A stretch of DNA of 64,000 nt from Sminthopsis crassicaudata (GCF_048593235.1 NC_133622.1:244594055-244658054), one strand, 5' to 3'; positions 13,821 to 28,339 are shown, counted from the first letter of the stretch. Program-made: numbers and translations. The notes: generated by a model not told the origin, from the letters alone.

Positions 13821-14278
13821 GCCTTAGATTGTTGCTAGTAAAGTGAATGAAGGAAGGGACCTGAACCTGGCCATGGATAAAAGCTGGATGCTAGTCCTTC
13901 TATGTGACTACGTGACATTGTCAAAGTCACTGAACATCTCTAAGACTCGGTTGTTTATCGTTGAAATGGGTAGATAATTTTCATATCTAAAAACAATCAA
14001 AATATTTTGGCGAAGATCAAATGTGACACCAAACATGAAAGAGAGTTGTAGTGAAAATATTTTCACAAAACAGAGCAGTGGGAAAATCTCTTAGAAGATC
14101 TGGAATTGAATTGGATGTCACTATGAAACTCTAGTCAAATAACATATTGGATGAACTTTGATTTATTCATTTATAAAATGTAAATAAGCATATTTTCATT
14201 CTGTAAATCTCAAGACCATGGTGAGAATAGTAATTTGTAAAAAAATTGACATCTATTATGATTATTAATGCTATTCTT

Positions 14279-17200
14279 TTTTTCTAAAGCTTTTTATTTT
14301 CAAAACATATGCACAGATAATTTGACAGCATTGACTCTTGCAAAGCCTTGTGTTTCAGATTTTCTCCTCCTTCCCCACACTCCCTCCCCTAAGATGGCAA
14401 GCAATTCAGTATGCAATAAACATGTTAAAATATACATTAAACATTATATATATATATATATATATATATAAACATATTTATACAATTCTCTTGCTGCACA
14501 AGAGAAATCAGATCAAAAAAAGAAAGTAAATAAGTAAAAACAAAATGCAAGTGAACAACAAAGAGTGAGAATATTATGTTGTGATCCACATTCAGTTCCT
14601 TCAACACAAGATGGTGTAGATGGTCTCTTCATCACAAGATCATTGGAACTGGCATCAATCATTTCATTGTGGAAAGAATCATATTCATCAGAATTGATCG
14701 TCATATAATATTGATGTTATTGTGTACAATGATCTCATTCTGCTCATATCAATTAGCATCATTTAAGTCTCTCCAGGTCTTTCTAAAATCATCCTCCTGA
14801 TCATTTCTTATAGAACAATAATATTCCATAGCATCCATATACCATAACTTATTCAGCCATTCTCCAACTGATGGTCATCCACTCAATTTCCAGTTTCTTG
14901 CTACTACGAAAAGGGCTGCCACAAACATTTTTGTATATGGGTCCTTTTCCTTCCTTTAAGATTTCTTTGAGATATAAGCCCAATAAAAACACTGCTGGGT
15001 GAAAGGGTATGCACAGTTTGACAGCTTTTTGAACATAGTTCCAAATTGTTCTCCAAAATGGCTGAATTCATTCACAGTTCCACCAACAATGTATCAGTAT
15101 CCCACATCACCTCCAACATTCATCCTTGTCTTTTTCCTGTCATATTAGCCAATCTGAAAGGTGTGTAGTAATATCTCATAGTTGTCTTAATTTGCATTTT
15201 TCTGATCAATAGTAATTTAGAATACCTTCTCATATGATTAGAAATAGTTTTAATTTCTTCATCTGAAAATTGTCTGTTCATATCCTTTGACCATTTATCA
15301 ATTGAAGGATGTCTTGGATTCTTATAAATTTGCTTCAATTCTCTATATATTTTAGAAATGATGCCTTTATCAGAAACCTTAAATGTAAAAATTATTTCCC
15401 AATTTATCACTTCTCTTCTGATGTTGTCTGCATTAGTTTTGTTTGTATAATCAATATATAATCAAATATAATCAAAATTATCTATCTGGTGTTCAGTTAT
15501 GAGTTCCAGTTCTTCTTTGGACACAAATTGCTTCCTTCTTCATAAACCTGAGAGGTAAACTATCTTATGTTCCTTTAATTTACTTATAATATCACTCTTT
15601 ATGTCTAAATCATGAACCCATTTACATCTTATCTTGGTATGTGGTGTTAGGTGTGGGTCGAGTCCTAATTTCTTCCATAACAGTTTCCAATTTTCCTAGC
15701 AGTTTTTGTCAAATAGTTCTTATCCCAAAAGCTGGGGTCTTTGGGTTTGTCAAACACTAGATTGGTATAGTTATTGCCTATTTTGTCCTATGATCCCAAC
15801 CTATTCCACTTATAGACTACTCTATTTCTTAGCCAGTACCAAATAGTTTTGATGACCACTGTTTTATAATATAGTTTTAAATCTGGCATAGCTAGGCTAC
15901 TATCATTACCATTTTTAAAAATTAATTCCCTTGAAAGTCCTTATCTTTTGTCTTCCAGGTGGACCTACTCCTGGTGTTTTTTTTTTTTTTTCTTACTTCA
16001 CCTGATGCATAATATATTTTGATCCAACCTTTTATCTTTATTCTGTATGTATCATTTGGCTTTAAATGTGTTTCTTGTAAGCAACATATTGTAGGATTCT
16101 GGATTTTAATCCAGTCTGCTATCCACTTCTGTTTTATGGGAGAGTTCATCCCATTCACATTCACAGTTAAAATAATTAATTTCTCTTTCCTCCTCCTTAC
16201 CTCCTCCCCATTGTTTTGCTTTTGATGATCATCTCCCTCAAACAGTTCTTCCTCTTTAGAGCCCTTCCTTGTTTCTACACCTTTCCCCTAATTCTTGTTT
16301 TCCCTTCTATTAGTCTTTCTTTCCCTTTCTTTCTCCCCTTTCCCTCCTACTTCCCTATAAGGTGGGACAAGTTTCTCTGTGAAACTAAATATGTCTGATA
16401 TTCTCTCCTTGAGCCAAATCTGATGAGAGTAAGATTCACACAATGCCCATCCCCCCCTCCTTTTCCTCAGTTATAATAGGTTTTCTTTGCCTCTTTCCCT
16501 TATTTTAACTCGTTCCTCCCCCTTTTCCAGTATAATCCTCTTTCCAACTCTAGTTTCTTTTTCATAGTATCAAAATAAAATCAAATTATACCCACATTCC
16601 TTTAAGTATAGCCATAACAGAAATATAGTTCTCAAGAGTTTTCCTTTTTATCTTTTTTATGCTTCTCTTGAGTTCTGTAGAGATCAATTTTTTGTTCAGT
16701 TCTGGTCTTTTCATTAGAAATACGTGAAATTCACTCATATCATTGAATGCTCATCTTTTTCCCTGAAAGATAATGCTCATTTTAGTTGGATTGCTTATTC
16801 TTTCTTGGCTGTAATCCAAGTTCCTTTGCCTTTTGGAATATTAGGTTCCAGGCTTTTTGGTCCTTTAAGGTGGAAGCTGCTAGGTCCTGGGTAATCCTGA
16901 TTGTGGCTCCTCGGTATTTAAATTGTTTCTTTTTGGCTGCTTGCAATATCTTTTCCTTGGTGTGATAGTTTTGAAATTTAGCTATGTTGTTCCTTGGGGA
17001 TTTAATTTTGGGGTCTCTTTCAGGAGGTTATCAGTGAATTCTTTCAATGGCTATGCTACCTTCTGATTCTAAAATATTAGGGCAATTTTCTTTTATTATT
17101 TCCTGTAAGATAGTGTCTAGGTTTTATTTTTTTTTCATCATGGCTTTCAGGAAGACCAATAATCCTTAAATTGTCTCTCTTAGATCTATTTTCCAGGTCA

Positions 17201-18377
17201 GTTATTTTTTCCTAGAAGATATTTCATATTTTCTTCTATATTTTTCATTTTTTGTTTTTGTTTGACTGATTCTTGAAATCTTACTAAGTCATTCACTTCC
17301 ATTTGTTCAATTCTTATTTTAGTGTATTATTTTCTTTAGTTACCTTTTTAGCTCCTTTTGTAATTGACCAATTGAATTTTTTTGCTCCTTGCATTCTTTT
17401 CCCACTTCACAAATTTTGTTTTTCATTGAATTGGTGTCTTTTTCATAAATCTTTGTAGGACATTATATGCTTTTCTCATTCCTTCTTGCAATGATCTCAT
17501 TTTATTTCCCCATTTTTCTTCTAATTCTCTTTTTAGATTTTTTGTACAGTTTTCCAAGAAAGCCTGGTGAAATGGGGACCAGTTAATATCTCCCTTTGTG
17601 GCTTCTTCTGGAGTTGCTTTGCCTTTAGGAACCTCAGGATTTGAGGTCTGCTCTTCTCTCTCTTTATAAAAGCTGAATATGGTCAGAGTTCTTTTTGGTT
17701 TGTTNNNNNNNNNNNNNNNNNNNNNNNNNNNNNNNNNNNNNNNNNNNNNNNNNNNNNNNNNNNNNNNNNNNNNNNNNNNNNNNNNNNNNNNNNNNNNNNN
17801 NNNNNNNNNNNNNNNNNNNNNNNNNNNNNNNNNNNNNNNNNNNNNNNNNNNNNNNNNNNNNNNNNNNNNNNNNNNNNNNNNNNNNNNNNNTTCAATGCAA
17901 AGGAGCCACAGCTGCTTTAATTTGCTCTGGGGCAGTTCTGCTGATTGATTTCAGGAGCTGGTTTATGGCAGCTAGGGAGGTATTCTGGGGCTCTGTGGTT
18001 TACAATTTGCCTTTTACAAATGGCAAATTAGCCAAACCATCTGCTTACACCCAGGGCAAAGTGGCCTAAGAGACTCACAGAAGATTCCCAGGTGAGTGGA
18101 AGTTACAACGCTTGGACTCCAGGCCCCAGCTCCTTGCCTGGGCTTCTGGTGCTAGTCTGGGCTCAGCAGACTGTGCCCCTGCCCATTTGAAACAGACCTG
18201 TTCTGAAGTTCTTCCAAGGTAACTTCCTCTAGAAATGTGTTGTATTCCAAATATTTGTGGATTCTTTGACTCCATAATCAGTTTAGAGGTTTAATCTGCT
18301 GATGGTTTGAGAGAAAGTTATAGGAGGTCACAGAGAGTCAGGTTTGCTCTCTGCCATCTTGGCTCCACCCCCAACTC
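14279..18377 (-). mobile_element. L1 with both termini, ORF1 and an internally deleted ORF2 (spans an assembly gap)
   Basis: Perfect 16-bp TSD TATTAATGCTATTCTT (14263-14278 / 18378-18393). 5' end GGGGGTGGAGCCAAGATGGC, decayed ORF1 at ~17700-16640, endonuclease start (NVNGMNSPIK...TICCLQETHLK) at ~16190-15992 joined to the ORF2 C-terminal region, then 3'UTR and A-tail. Confidence 0.93.
17705..17890. other. Assembly gap (186 N)
   Basis: N run inside the L1. Confidence 1.
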
Positions 18378-19259
18378 TATTAATGCTATTCTTAAAAAAT
18401 TTTTTTTAAAAACTTCAATATCTTGAATTATCATTATGAATTCCCAAAGAGTTTGTGAGCAAGTAAATGAGAGACATTACCCTAAATCATTCTACATCTT
18501 ATCTTCGGAACTAAATCTAAACTAAACTTGGCTTCTAGTCCAGTCTCTCTCAATGTAAGTGTTTAGTAGATACTTGTTGGATTTCGAAATAAGTGCAATT
18601 TTGACACAAATATACCATATGTAGGGTAGGTGTAATGATGTCTACCAGATATATATTATTTAAAACCTTCAGATTCTTTCCTGATAATAATGACTATGTT
18701 TTTCTGTTAGGTAAAGCACATTTCATTTATGGAAAGGAACCCTACCAATACCCTGTTATCATGTACTGACAACCACAAAATAGTAACACAATACATGAAT
18801 GATGAAAAAACATCAATTACTTATTAAAATAGTGTGTCAGGTGAAGGGGGTATATATTGAAAAACAAAACAGCCCCTGCTCTCAAGGCTCATAGTCTAAT
18901 CCAGGAGATGACACATATAGGTCATTTCAGATGCAAGTATCATATGAAGAAACAGTCTACATTGATAGAACATTTTCCCATTTCGGAAGACATTTTCTCC
19001 ATAGAGATTATGTTTCTGAATTATGATTATAGAACTTTTTTGTAATTATTATTTTTATTAATTATTTCTTAAGTTAAAAATAGCAGGCATGGAAATAATC
19101 TGGAGTAGAAACCTTATACAGACACATACTCAAAACTTCCAGCTGTATGTCAGGAGTGAGCTAACTTGCTCCATTGTGAACTCCCAGGGATAGGCATCCT
19201 CATCTATAACACTGCTATTTTCTGCCCTACTCCTCCATCTACTGCTGCTATTGCACCGA

Positions 19260-19260
<1 letters not shown>

Positions 19261-19311
<51 letters not shown>

Positions 19312-19332
19312 AAGAGAGAGAGAGAGAGAGAG
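19261..19332 (+). repeat. (CA)n(GA)n microsatellite
   Basis: Direct inspection. Confidence 0.97.
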
Positions 19333-19489
19333 TCTTCTTTCAATCTTATCCGTTCTTCACTACTATTATCTCTGAAAAGGAAATGGATAGTCCATTTCTT
19401 CTACTCATTATATGTATGACTTCTAGAACAAATCGTTATTCCCTCTCAAAGTGCTATCTTTAACCTAAAATTAAACTTACACAACACTT

Positions 19490-19700
19490 TTAGACTTCTG
19501 AAATCCTTTTCATATGCCCTCATTAAATCTTAATAAAAGCCACCTAAGAGAGATGCTATTATCATTCTCATTTTACAAATGAGGAAACTGAGGCTGAGAG
19601 AGATAAAGTGACTCAGCTGGGGTCACATAGCTACTTAATGACCACTGAGGCATTCAAACTCAGGTTGCCTGAAGTTCAAATCCAGATGTCTATTTTCTAC
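19490..19700 (-). mobile_element. MIR/MAR1-type SINE
   Basis: CATTTTACAAATGAGGAAACTGAGGCTGAGAGAGATAAAGTGACTCAGCTGGGGTCACATAG. Confidence 0.75.
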
Positions 19701-19982
19701 ATGATTGAACTGCTTATTGAATCATAAACTCTCTGTAATTAGATACCGTCTTGCTTTTGTATTTGTTTTCCTGTTGCTAAGTATAGTGCTTGACATTTAA
19801 GAAATAATTAATGTGTCTTTTTTATTTATCTTCTCTGAAGTCTAGGAAATCAAAGGCCAAAATTCACACATTGAGATTATAAAGAGTAAGCATTAAAAAA
19901 TAAATTGGGCTCATTAGATTAATGTAGAACAATATTAATATAGTTAGATATACCTAAATACTTATCATTTCATGTTACATTT

Positions 19983-20137
19983 CTTTTTTTTTTTTTTTTT
20001 TTCCCTGAGGCTGGGGTTAAGTGACTTGCCCAGGGTCATACAGCTAGGAAGTGTTAAGTGTCTGAGACCAGATTTGAACTCGGATCCTCCTGAATTCAGG
20101 GTTGTTGCTCTATCCACTGCGCCTCCTAGCTGCCACC
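19983..20137 (-). mobile_element. Young marsupial tRNA-derived SINE (WSINE1-like) with A-tail and TSD
   Basis: GGCAGCTAGGAGGCGCAGTGGATAGAGC (box A) ...GAGTTCAAATC (box B), CORE sequence and a long A-tail. TSD TCATGTTACATTT (19970-19982) / TCATCTTACATTT (20138-20150). Absent from the paralogous region near 4130. Confidence 0.9.
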
Positions 20138-21616
20138 TCATCTTACATTTCAAACTTGTTGAGGAAATGATGGAGTGCTTAATTTGTTCATATTTTGTGA
20201 TGCCCATTCATGATGGCATGTGAAGATTTAGACAGACAAAGCAGAAGGTACATATTTGCTATGTCCCAATGGGGTCCCAGCTATCTAGATGCAATGATAT
20301 TATATGAGCACCAGGTCAGACATCAAAGATCCAGGGGGAATTAGTGAATTTATAATAGAGCAGAATTAGAGAATCACAGAATCTTAGAGTAAGAGGGCTT
20401 TCAAAGAGTGATCAAAACTAATCGAAAAAAGGAACATTCTTTGTAATACACTTAATAATGTATATCACATTTGCAGACCTACGTAAGTGAAAATTCTTCA
20501 AGGTATATTGCCAATTTTGTTAGGGAAACTTTCTTCTATTGAGCCAAAATTTATCTCTGAATATTACATCTATTGACCCTTGTTCTATCTTATGGCTAAG
20601 CAGAGTATGTTGAATCATTCTTTCACAAGGTACGTCTTCGATACTCTTACCATGTTTAAATTTTTATTCTCCAAGATAAATATACTCAGTTCTTTAACTG
20701 TTCCTCATATGGAATAGTGTCCAATATAGCTGCTTTGTGCATGCTCCAGGTGTCAAGCCCTTCCTCAAATGTGACTTCCAGGACTGAATAAAATATTCGC
20801 ATGTACTTTGAGAAGGGCAAAGGAAAGCAGCAACATCCCTCCATTACCTGAGACAAAAAAATTTCTCAAGGTGGTGAGATGCAGCATTAGCATTTTTGCT
20901 TCCAAGTCTTCCTATTGATTGGTATTAGACAAATGGACCACTAATACCCACTAAACTTTTTCAGATTAACCATGTCTTCTTTATATTGAACTAGTGATAA
21001 TTGATTTGATTCCAAAATAATTCAAATCCCAAAGGGAGAAGGAGTGAAGTCAGAGTAGGGGAAGAAATGCCGTATATTTATCAAATAATACTTCTGGACC
21101 ATGGACTGTGTTTATTCCTTGAAAATAACATTTTTTTACTCTCTTGTTAACTCATTTATTGTCACAAAATATCTGTGATAAAGAAATTGAGGCAGAAAGA
21201 ATTGAGAATAATCAATTTATTAACAAGGCTAACAATTGTCAATTAAAGATACCCGAGGATTTTCATTAGCCAAGGATGCATCTGACCATCAAAGTAATTA
21301 TTTTATATACTTGGTTACCAGAAGGTATCAAAAGCTGTCCAGTGATGCAAATTGGTGTGTGATTAGTTACACAAAAATAAAGGACAGACTTTGGTTGACT
21401 CAGAGTTGAAATTTCCATAACACATGGTGACAGAGAGAACATAGAGTTGACTAACATCTCCTAGCAAGTCTCATAGTAGCAAACATCTTGGGATCAGAGG
21501 AACTCATCTTCACACATAGTCAGCAAACACTCAGAGAAATGAATCTTTGTTGTTTGACTTTGGCCCATAGCAATAGGAATGTTAAACTCTTACACATTTT
21601 GCCAATGAAGTCTACA

Positions 21617-21748
21617 NNNNNNNNNNNNNNNNNNNNNNNNNNNNNNNNNNNNNNNNNNNNNNNNNNNNNNNNNNNNNNNNNNNNNNNNNNNNNNNNNNNN
21701 NNNNNNNNNNNNNNNNNNNNNNNNNNNNNNNNNNNNNNNNNNNNNNNN
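21617..21748. other. Assembly gap (132 N)
   Basis: N run. Confidence 1.
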
Positions 21749-22219
21749 CCCAGGGATGAAATGTAATTCTCAATCAATAATTAATAAACATTACAAAATA
21801 AAATGATACATCAATTTTCAATATCACATCACCCTCTGAATAGAAGTATTCTTGGAAAATCAACTTAGATATGGATAGTATAACAGGTTCCTAAGTTTTA
21901 CCCCCTAGATCTGGTCAATATGGGCCTCCAGCTCATATAAAATAATTCAAGCTACCAAATACTGGGCAGTTTTTATTTCATCCCACAGGAAAATCAAAAT
22001 ATATTTTTCAAAATTAGAACAACCTCTATTCAGACACAGAAACACATAAAACACCTTAAGATGCTATTAGATAGAACAGACTTGATATTGAGGTAGGTAT
22101 CAGGATACCACAGTGACAATTCAGCCGAAGACATCTGTTCCACAGGATCATTCAAAGTTCTTTCTAGGTCCTTAGGCCAACTTGTGGTTTATATTCCTAC
22201 CTTAAGGGAGCTATGCTGC

Positions 22220-22450
22220 AGGGATATGCTAAAGGCAGCTCCAAATGGGCCACAAAGAGATTGATGAATTTTGAATGTGAATATTTAGACCACAGAAATC
22301 AGTAAATGCTACTAATCAGGACTTTATTTCTTGTGTTGTTGGTGAGCAAGAATTAAAAAAAGTGATGGAGAAAATAAAAATGATATTAAAATTTAAAGTC
22401 TTTCATACATATTTCCCCCCCAAAAGCCGATTCTTGTGCCTTTAGCAGCT
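22220..22450. mobile_element. Decayed hAT-type MITE, paralog of 6280-6510
   Basis: ATGCTAAAGGCAGCTCC...AAAAAAGTGATGGAGAAAAT...TTTAGCAGC. Confidence 0.4.
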
Positions 22451-22894
22451 TACAGATTGCTGAAAAAGAAATTCCAATAATATTAAAGCTATATATTTCT
22501 AAGTAACTCAGGATCTTTGCTTTCCAAGAAAATGTACAGAAATGATCCAAATAAACTTTCACTTCCTAACAGGATAATAGTTTGATTTGCTATACAGCAC
22601 TTGTATGTGTACATACACATCATTTCCCCACACAACAATCTCATAAGACATGAAATATAATTAAGCATCTTTCAATGTGAGGAAACTGTGATTTCAATGT
22701 GAGGCCATTGTGATTTTCCAAAGGTAACAAACCATGAAGATCTCTGATATAGAACTTAAATTCAGTTTTCTCATTTTGTCTTTTCTACTATATGTTATTT
22801 CTGAAAAAAGTTTGGATTCCAGTTCTGAGTGTATAAGAAAATAGCTTTAATTAGAGGATACAGCACAGAAAGAAGAAGAAACAGATTGGATTTT

Positions 22895-23848
22895 CTAAGA
22901 AAAATGATTCATATCAAGTTTTTGTCTCCTCACAGCTTTCTTAAAAGCATTCTTGACATCTTTATTCCTAAGACTATAGACTATAGGGTTCAACATGGGG
23001 ATGACCATGGTGTAGAACACTGATGCAATTTTATCTGAGTCCATTGAGTGGTTTGAATTAGGCTGAAAGTACATGAACATGATTGTCCCATAAAATATAG
23101 ACACTGCCATGAGATGGGAAGCACAAGTGGAGAAGGCTTTCTGGCGGCCTTCGGCAGAACGGATCTTCAAGATGGTGATAAAGATTATCGAATAAGAAGT
23201 AAAGATGACAAGAAATGGGAAAAAGATAGTGAATGACCCTAAGATATATAATAGTAACTCAATGATGTGAGTATCAGAGCAAGAGAGAGCTAGGAGAGGG
23301 GGAACATCACAGAAAAAGTGATGGACTATGTTGGAACTACAAAAGGTAAGGCTAAATACGTTTCCTGTGAGTATAGAAGAGGCCAAAAAGCTACAGATGT
23401 GGACACCACTGGCCAAAGATGCACATACTGTTGAAGTCATGGTAGTAGTGTAATGTAAGGGCTTACACACAGCTGCATGGCGATCATAGGACATGGCAGC
23501 CAAGAGGAAACTTTCAGCTGAAGCAAAGGTTCCAAAGAAGAACCATTGTGCAACACATCCATAATAGGAGATGACCTTGTCACCTGTGAGAAGCCCAGCC
23601 ATCACCTTGGGAGTAACAGCTGAGGAATACCCAAAGTCCACCAGAGAGAGATTAGTGAGGAAAAAGTACATGGGAGTGTGGAGTTGGGAATCCCAAGTAA
23701 TCAGAGCTACTATCCCCAGGTTTCCTACTAGTGTGATGAGATAAATAAGGGTGAACATGATGAAGAGAGGAAGCTGAAGGTCTGGATTATCTGTTAATCC
23801 TATGAGGATGAATTCATTCACTTCAGATATATTCTCCATGCATGTCAT
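22895..23848 (-). CDS. OR5B: Olfactory receptor, OR5B subfamily (copy 2), 317 aa
   Basis: Intact ORF with sequon [41 protein letters not shown] and [12 protein letters not shown]. Confidence 0.96.
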   Translation of the reverse strand: MTCMENISEVNEFILIGLTDNPDLQLPLFIMFTLIYLITLVGNLGIVALITWDSQLHTPMYFFLTNLSLVDFGYSSAVTPKVMAGLLTGDKVISYYGCVAQWFFFGTFASAESFLLAAMSYDRHAAVCKPLHYTTTMTSTVCASLASGVHICSFLASSILTGNVFSLTFCSSNIVHHFFCDVPPLLALSCSDTHIIELLLYILGSFTIFFPFLVIFTSYSIIFITILKIRSAEGRQKAFSTCASHLMAVSIFYGTIMFMYFQPNSNHSMDSDKIASVFYTMVIPMLNPIVYSLRNKDVKNAFKKAVRRQKLDMNHFS

Positions 23849-23882
23849 GTGAATATGCTGTCATTCACCTGCAACAAAAGAG
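23823..23882 (-). other. Coding-exon splice acceptor plus overlapping 13-codon uORF (copy 2)
   Basis: ctcttttgttgcAG|gtgaATG; uORF 23864-23823. Confidence 0.7.
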
Positions 23883-26829
23883 TAATCATCAGAAAAACTA
23901 ATTCTTCATGATGAATGACTTTTAAATAACTTCTAAGTAGTTTTCAAAGCAATTACACTCGTTTTTCAAAATTCTATGATCCGATTACTCAGAGCATCTC
24001 TCAAATATTAATTTTCACTTTTTTTCAGTCTACTAAAAATGTCTGGATCAACAAAGTGACATTTATTTCCCACTTCAAGAAAGGAAAGCACCTGATTCTC
24101 CAATAAAAATCAGCATAAGAAGGGGAATTACTATTGGTCTGGTTGGAGAACTAGATATTTTTATTTTCTATAAATAGGCTTCATTCTGATGAAGAATAGG
24201 GAAAAGGAGAAAAGAGAAAAACCAAATTAGCATGATTAAAGATGGAGAGAAGGAAAGGGAGGATCAAAGAAAGTTGGGTAAACTTTCACTGAGATTCAGC
24301 TTTGTTCTGCAATTGCTGAAGCAGTAAGGTCTATAGAATGGACTGAGGAACAGTTGCTAATGACTACCAGTTGCAGAGATGTGGGAGTTGTCTATCAAAG
24401 CAACTGTGCATCATATAAATGACTTCTAAATTAGTTTCCATCCCATATATTATACATTTTTCAATTGTCACTGTGGATGCAGAAGATAGCCACAACCAGG
24501 GACATTTTGTCCTTTCAATTCATTATATGGTTTTCTGGGTCCCAAAGATATCACTAATCATTGGCTTAGCTTCTTTGGTTTAGTTAAAATCCCATCTACA
24601 CAAAACCTGTACTGATCTACATCAGTTCCAGTGCCTTCCCTCTTTTAATTACCTGCAGTTTATTCTGGATATTTCTTGTTTTTACAATTATTTGCACATT
24701 GTCTAAAGTCTGTGAATTTGTTGAGGACCAGGAATATATTTTGCCTTTCTTTGTATTCTCTATTTGTATATGTATGTATATTATATCTATTCAGCATAGT
24801 GCTGGCCACATAGTACACACTTAATAAATGTTTGCTGGCTCATTTTCTTAAGTGGTTATCTTTCCTTTGGGAACAAAACTAAGGTTGTCTTTAGGCAGCA
24901 GACAAGCCATAGTCTATTCCCTGAATTCACAATAAGTCTTTATAGCTTGAAAGGATGTGCCCATAGTTAATTTCAATAACTTAATTTCATCTCTATGATT
25001 AGGAGTCAGGAGAAGAAAATTTTCATAACAATTTCCATATTTTATCAAGATATATTTTGAAAAAAAATCACAACAAACAGAATCAAGGAATTTCAAGTCA
25101 GTATTGTTCCTTGGAGGTCACCTACCACAGCTCGCATCTGACCAGGAGGAACTCGCAACTGACCAGAAGATAAGTACAATTGGAAAAGTGAAGCTGGAAA
25201 AAATGTAGGGAAATGTAAGATAAGAGATATCCAGTTTTAATAGCTTATTGGGATCCCCAAAGGGTTAGAGATAGTAAGATGAACTAGAGTCTTTAACAAC
25301 TGGAAACAAATTTCACCAACAAGATAATGTGAGAGAAGAACTCATAACTGGATTGTGGTTCTGGAAAAGTTTTTCCCTTATTTGAAGGAAATGAGATAAC
25401 AATAATAATAATAAAATGATAAATAAAATACTTAAAATAAATATAATAATAAATACATAAGTTTCTTTTTTCCCTTTGGTAAACAGATTATATAAGCATA
25501 TGAGGAAATCCAGGAATCAGAGTGGAGAAATGTGGTGGAAAACTTTTATACCAATATTCACATAAAAGTACAGTTACATTTACATAAAGTTACATTTATG
25601 TCGAAAGAGGAAATGGATCCAAAAATTGGCATGATGGAATAATCTATTAATTATGGGGGTCTTCAACTATCTGGGAATTTGATAGAATGCTTTTGAGATT
25701 TTGAAGAAAGAGGGAAAAATTGACAGACTGACTTTGATATGAAAAAGCATCTGAAGCAAGAAAAAAAAAAAACAACACCACAAAAAAAAACCCCAAAACC
25801 AAAACCAAAAACAGGTAACTAAGAATGAATGCAAAAGCAATCCTTTCTTGTAGGAACATTCAGAAGAGTGCTAAGACTTAGGATGACTGAAGTCCCAGAG
25901 ATTAAATACTAGAAAAGGTGTTTTATTTGTTTAATTTGACCATTTAGGGAAACGAGGCATAATGAAATAAAGAATTGGGCTGATTCTTAATGTAGATGAG
26001 ACAAGTACAATGAAGGTCAAGCAGCTCTGCTTTGTATTTTTTTCTCTGACAAAAAGAATGACCTTAATTGATATAATTTAATTGTTTTCATTAGCAATAC
26101 ACAGTTGCTCATATCTCAGACTGCTGCTTCAGTTACTAAAGGATGATGAGTTTGAAATCCTGCAAGTAAAATAATATTTGGTGTTAGAGATGTTTCCATG
26201 CATGATCTTATTTGAGTCCCAAGACAACCCTATGAGAGAAGAACCATAGGTATAATGATACACACTTTATGGATAAGATAAGAAAGTCAAGTTACTTACC
26301 CATGGAGAAACAATGAATTAATATCTGAGATAGAGAAGGTTTTATACAGGTTTTTCTCCCTCTAGGAAGTATGTACTATGTTACTACATGCATGAGCAGT
26401 ACAGACATAAATTGGAAATGTTAGGACCTGGATACTTGGTTATGGAGAAAGGTAGGCAGGATTCTAGAGAGGATAATTAACCAAGAATTTTAACTTCAAG
26501 TTCTGACCTTGAAGTCCCAAGCCTAAGAGATATATAATCCTTTTGGAGAAACTCTTCACTAATCACTGGCATAAGGAGATCAGAGGTTCTTTGTGGCAGG
26601 GTGGTGACTCCTGGCCATTGTTCTGCCATAGATGGCAATGATTAGCAATGCCATCCCTTACTTTTCTGTTTCCTGAGACTGAGCTGAAGAGAGAGTAACT
26701 GGATGAATAAGCAAATGACTCAGGACATTTGGTACCCACAAACTAGTTCTATTAACTCTATAGTGGAATATTATAATGTAAATAACTAGAATCTGAAAAA
26801 AGACAGGGGCTTTATAAAGATCTGGAAGC

Positions 26830-26955
26830 CCCGTGACTCTTGGGAGATGGTGCTCTCTTGGAGATCCTGACAATTCTGCTGCCAACTTTTGAACAAAACA
26901 AGCCATTAAATTCGGCTCTGACCATGGGGAAAGAACCATTTTCTCATGAGTACTC
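26830..26955 (-). promoter_or_regulatory. Putative promoter module of OR copy 2
   Basis: CTCTTGGGAG, CTCTCTTGGAG, GCCATTAAATT, ACCATGGGGA and TTCTCATGAG; about 3.0 kb upstream. Confidence 0.62.
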
Positions 26956-28287
26956 TATTAATCTCAACTTCTTATTAGCAAAGTAAAAATAGAAAGGGAC
27001 CTGGAAAAGACAACTGACAAAAGTTGGATGCTAGTCTTTCTTCTACCATTTCCTACAAAGTACTAGTATGGCATCAGATAACATTGGTCAAGTCACTGAA
27101 CATCTCCAAGTCTCAATGTATTCATTTTTCAAATAGGCATAATAATCTGACCTAAATACAATCAGAAGATTTTTGTGGAGGTCAAATGTGATATTGTACC
27201 TGAGAGAGAGATGGAGTAGATCTACAAAATGGGGTAGTGAAAGATCCTCGAACTTGGTGTTAGAAAAATCCAAGATGGAATTAAAGGTGCATTTTTAGGC
27301 AAGTCCTTTATCCTAATTGAATACTGAGTTCCTTATTTATAGAGCACAAATAACTATATTTGTGTGTTCTAACAGCTATTGTCGAGATAGAAACTTGTAC
27401 ATTATAAATGGTCTTATCATGAATATTAAAACCCCCTTTTTAAAAAAAATTACTTAGAGATTTCAAATAACCAATTTTCTCAAACTACATCTGATCCTGT
27501 CCCACACTGCCTTGTTGTTTTTGTCCTTGGACTCACACCCTTAACATTGTAGTTCAATGATAACTGAGGCGAATATTATTGTAATTATTTTTCATTTAAG
27601 AGCATTTGGCAAGCTTCTTATTGCTATTCTTGAAGACAATAGAGAATAAAAATTAAAAGCACAGCATGGTTCTCTGCCTGCTCATATTCTACCCCACATC
27701 ACAAAAGCAACATTTACTTATTTTTATATATTTGATCTTCACTTAAATGTATATATATATAATTTTATCTTCACTTAAATGTATATATTTATTTTCAGAC
27801 CTTTGGTTCAGGCCTTTAAAGGGAGTTTACACCTTAGGAATTCTAAGGAGCAAGCTCATTGGTTGAAGTGGTTCCTCATTGGTATGCATTATATATATTA
27901 TTTTTGTCTTGTCACTGTCCAGACAACCTGAGTTCTCACCTAGTAATCCTAACAGTTTAACCATAACCTACATGGGCCCTTACTCAAACTTGTAGACTAA
28001 TAAATTAATTATTGTGAAATTAAGTTGATTTATTAGTTTCTTGGACAAACAAATATTGGCATCCCTGTCAAATTCCCAGGTGGAAAAAATCCAGAAGGAA
28101 CAACTTTCACACTGAATCATCTTTTTAAGACTTAAAAATATCCCAGTAGGTCAAAAATTTTATTTAAATCTAACAAGATGAAATTTTGGAAGGAGAAATG
28201 CAAACTTTATACTTTTGTTCTCTGCAGCCCAATGAGTTCCCTCCCAGAAAATGCATCTCACCTTATAGATTCCTACAGACTACATTC

Positions 28288-28289
<2 letters not shown>

Positions 28290-28339
<50 letters not shown>

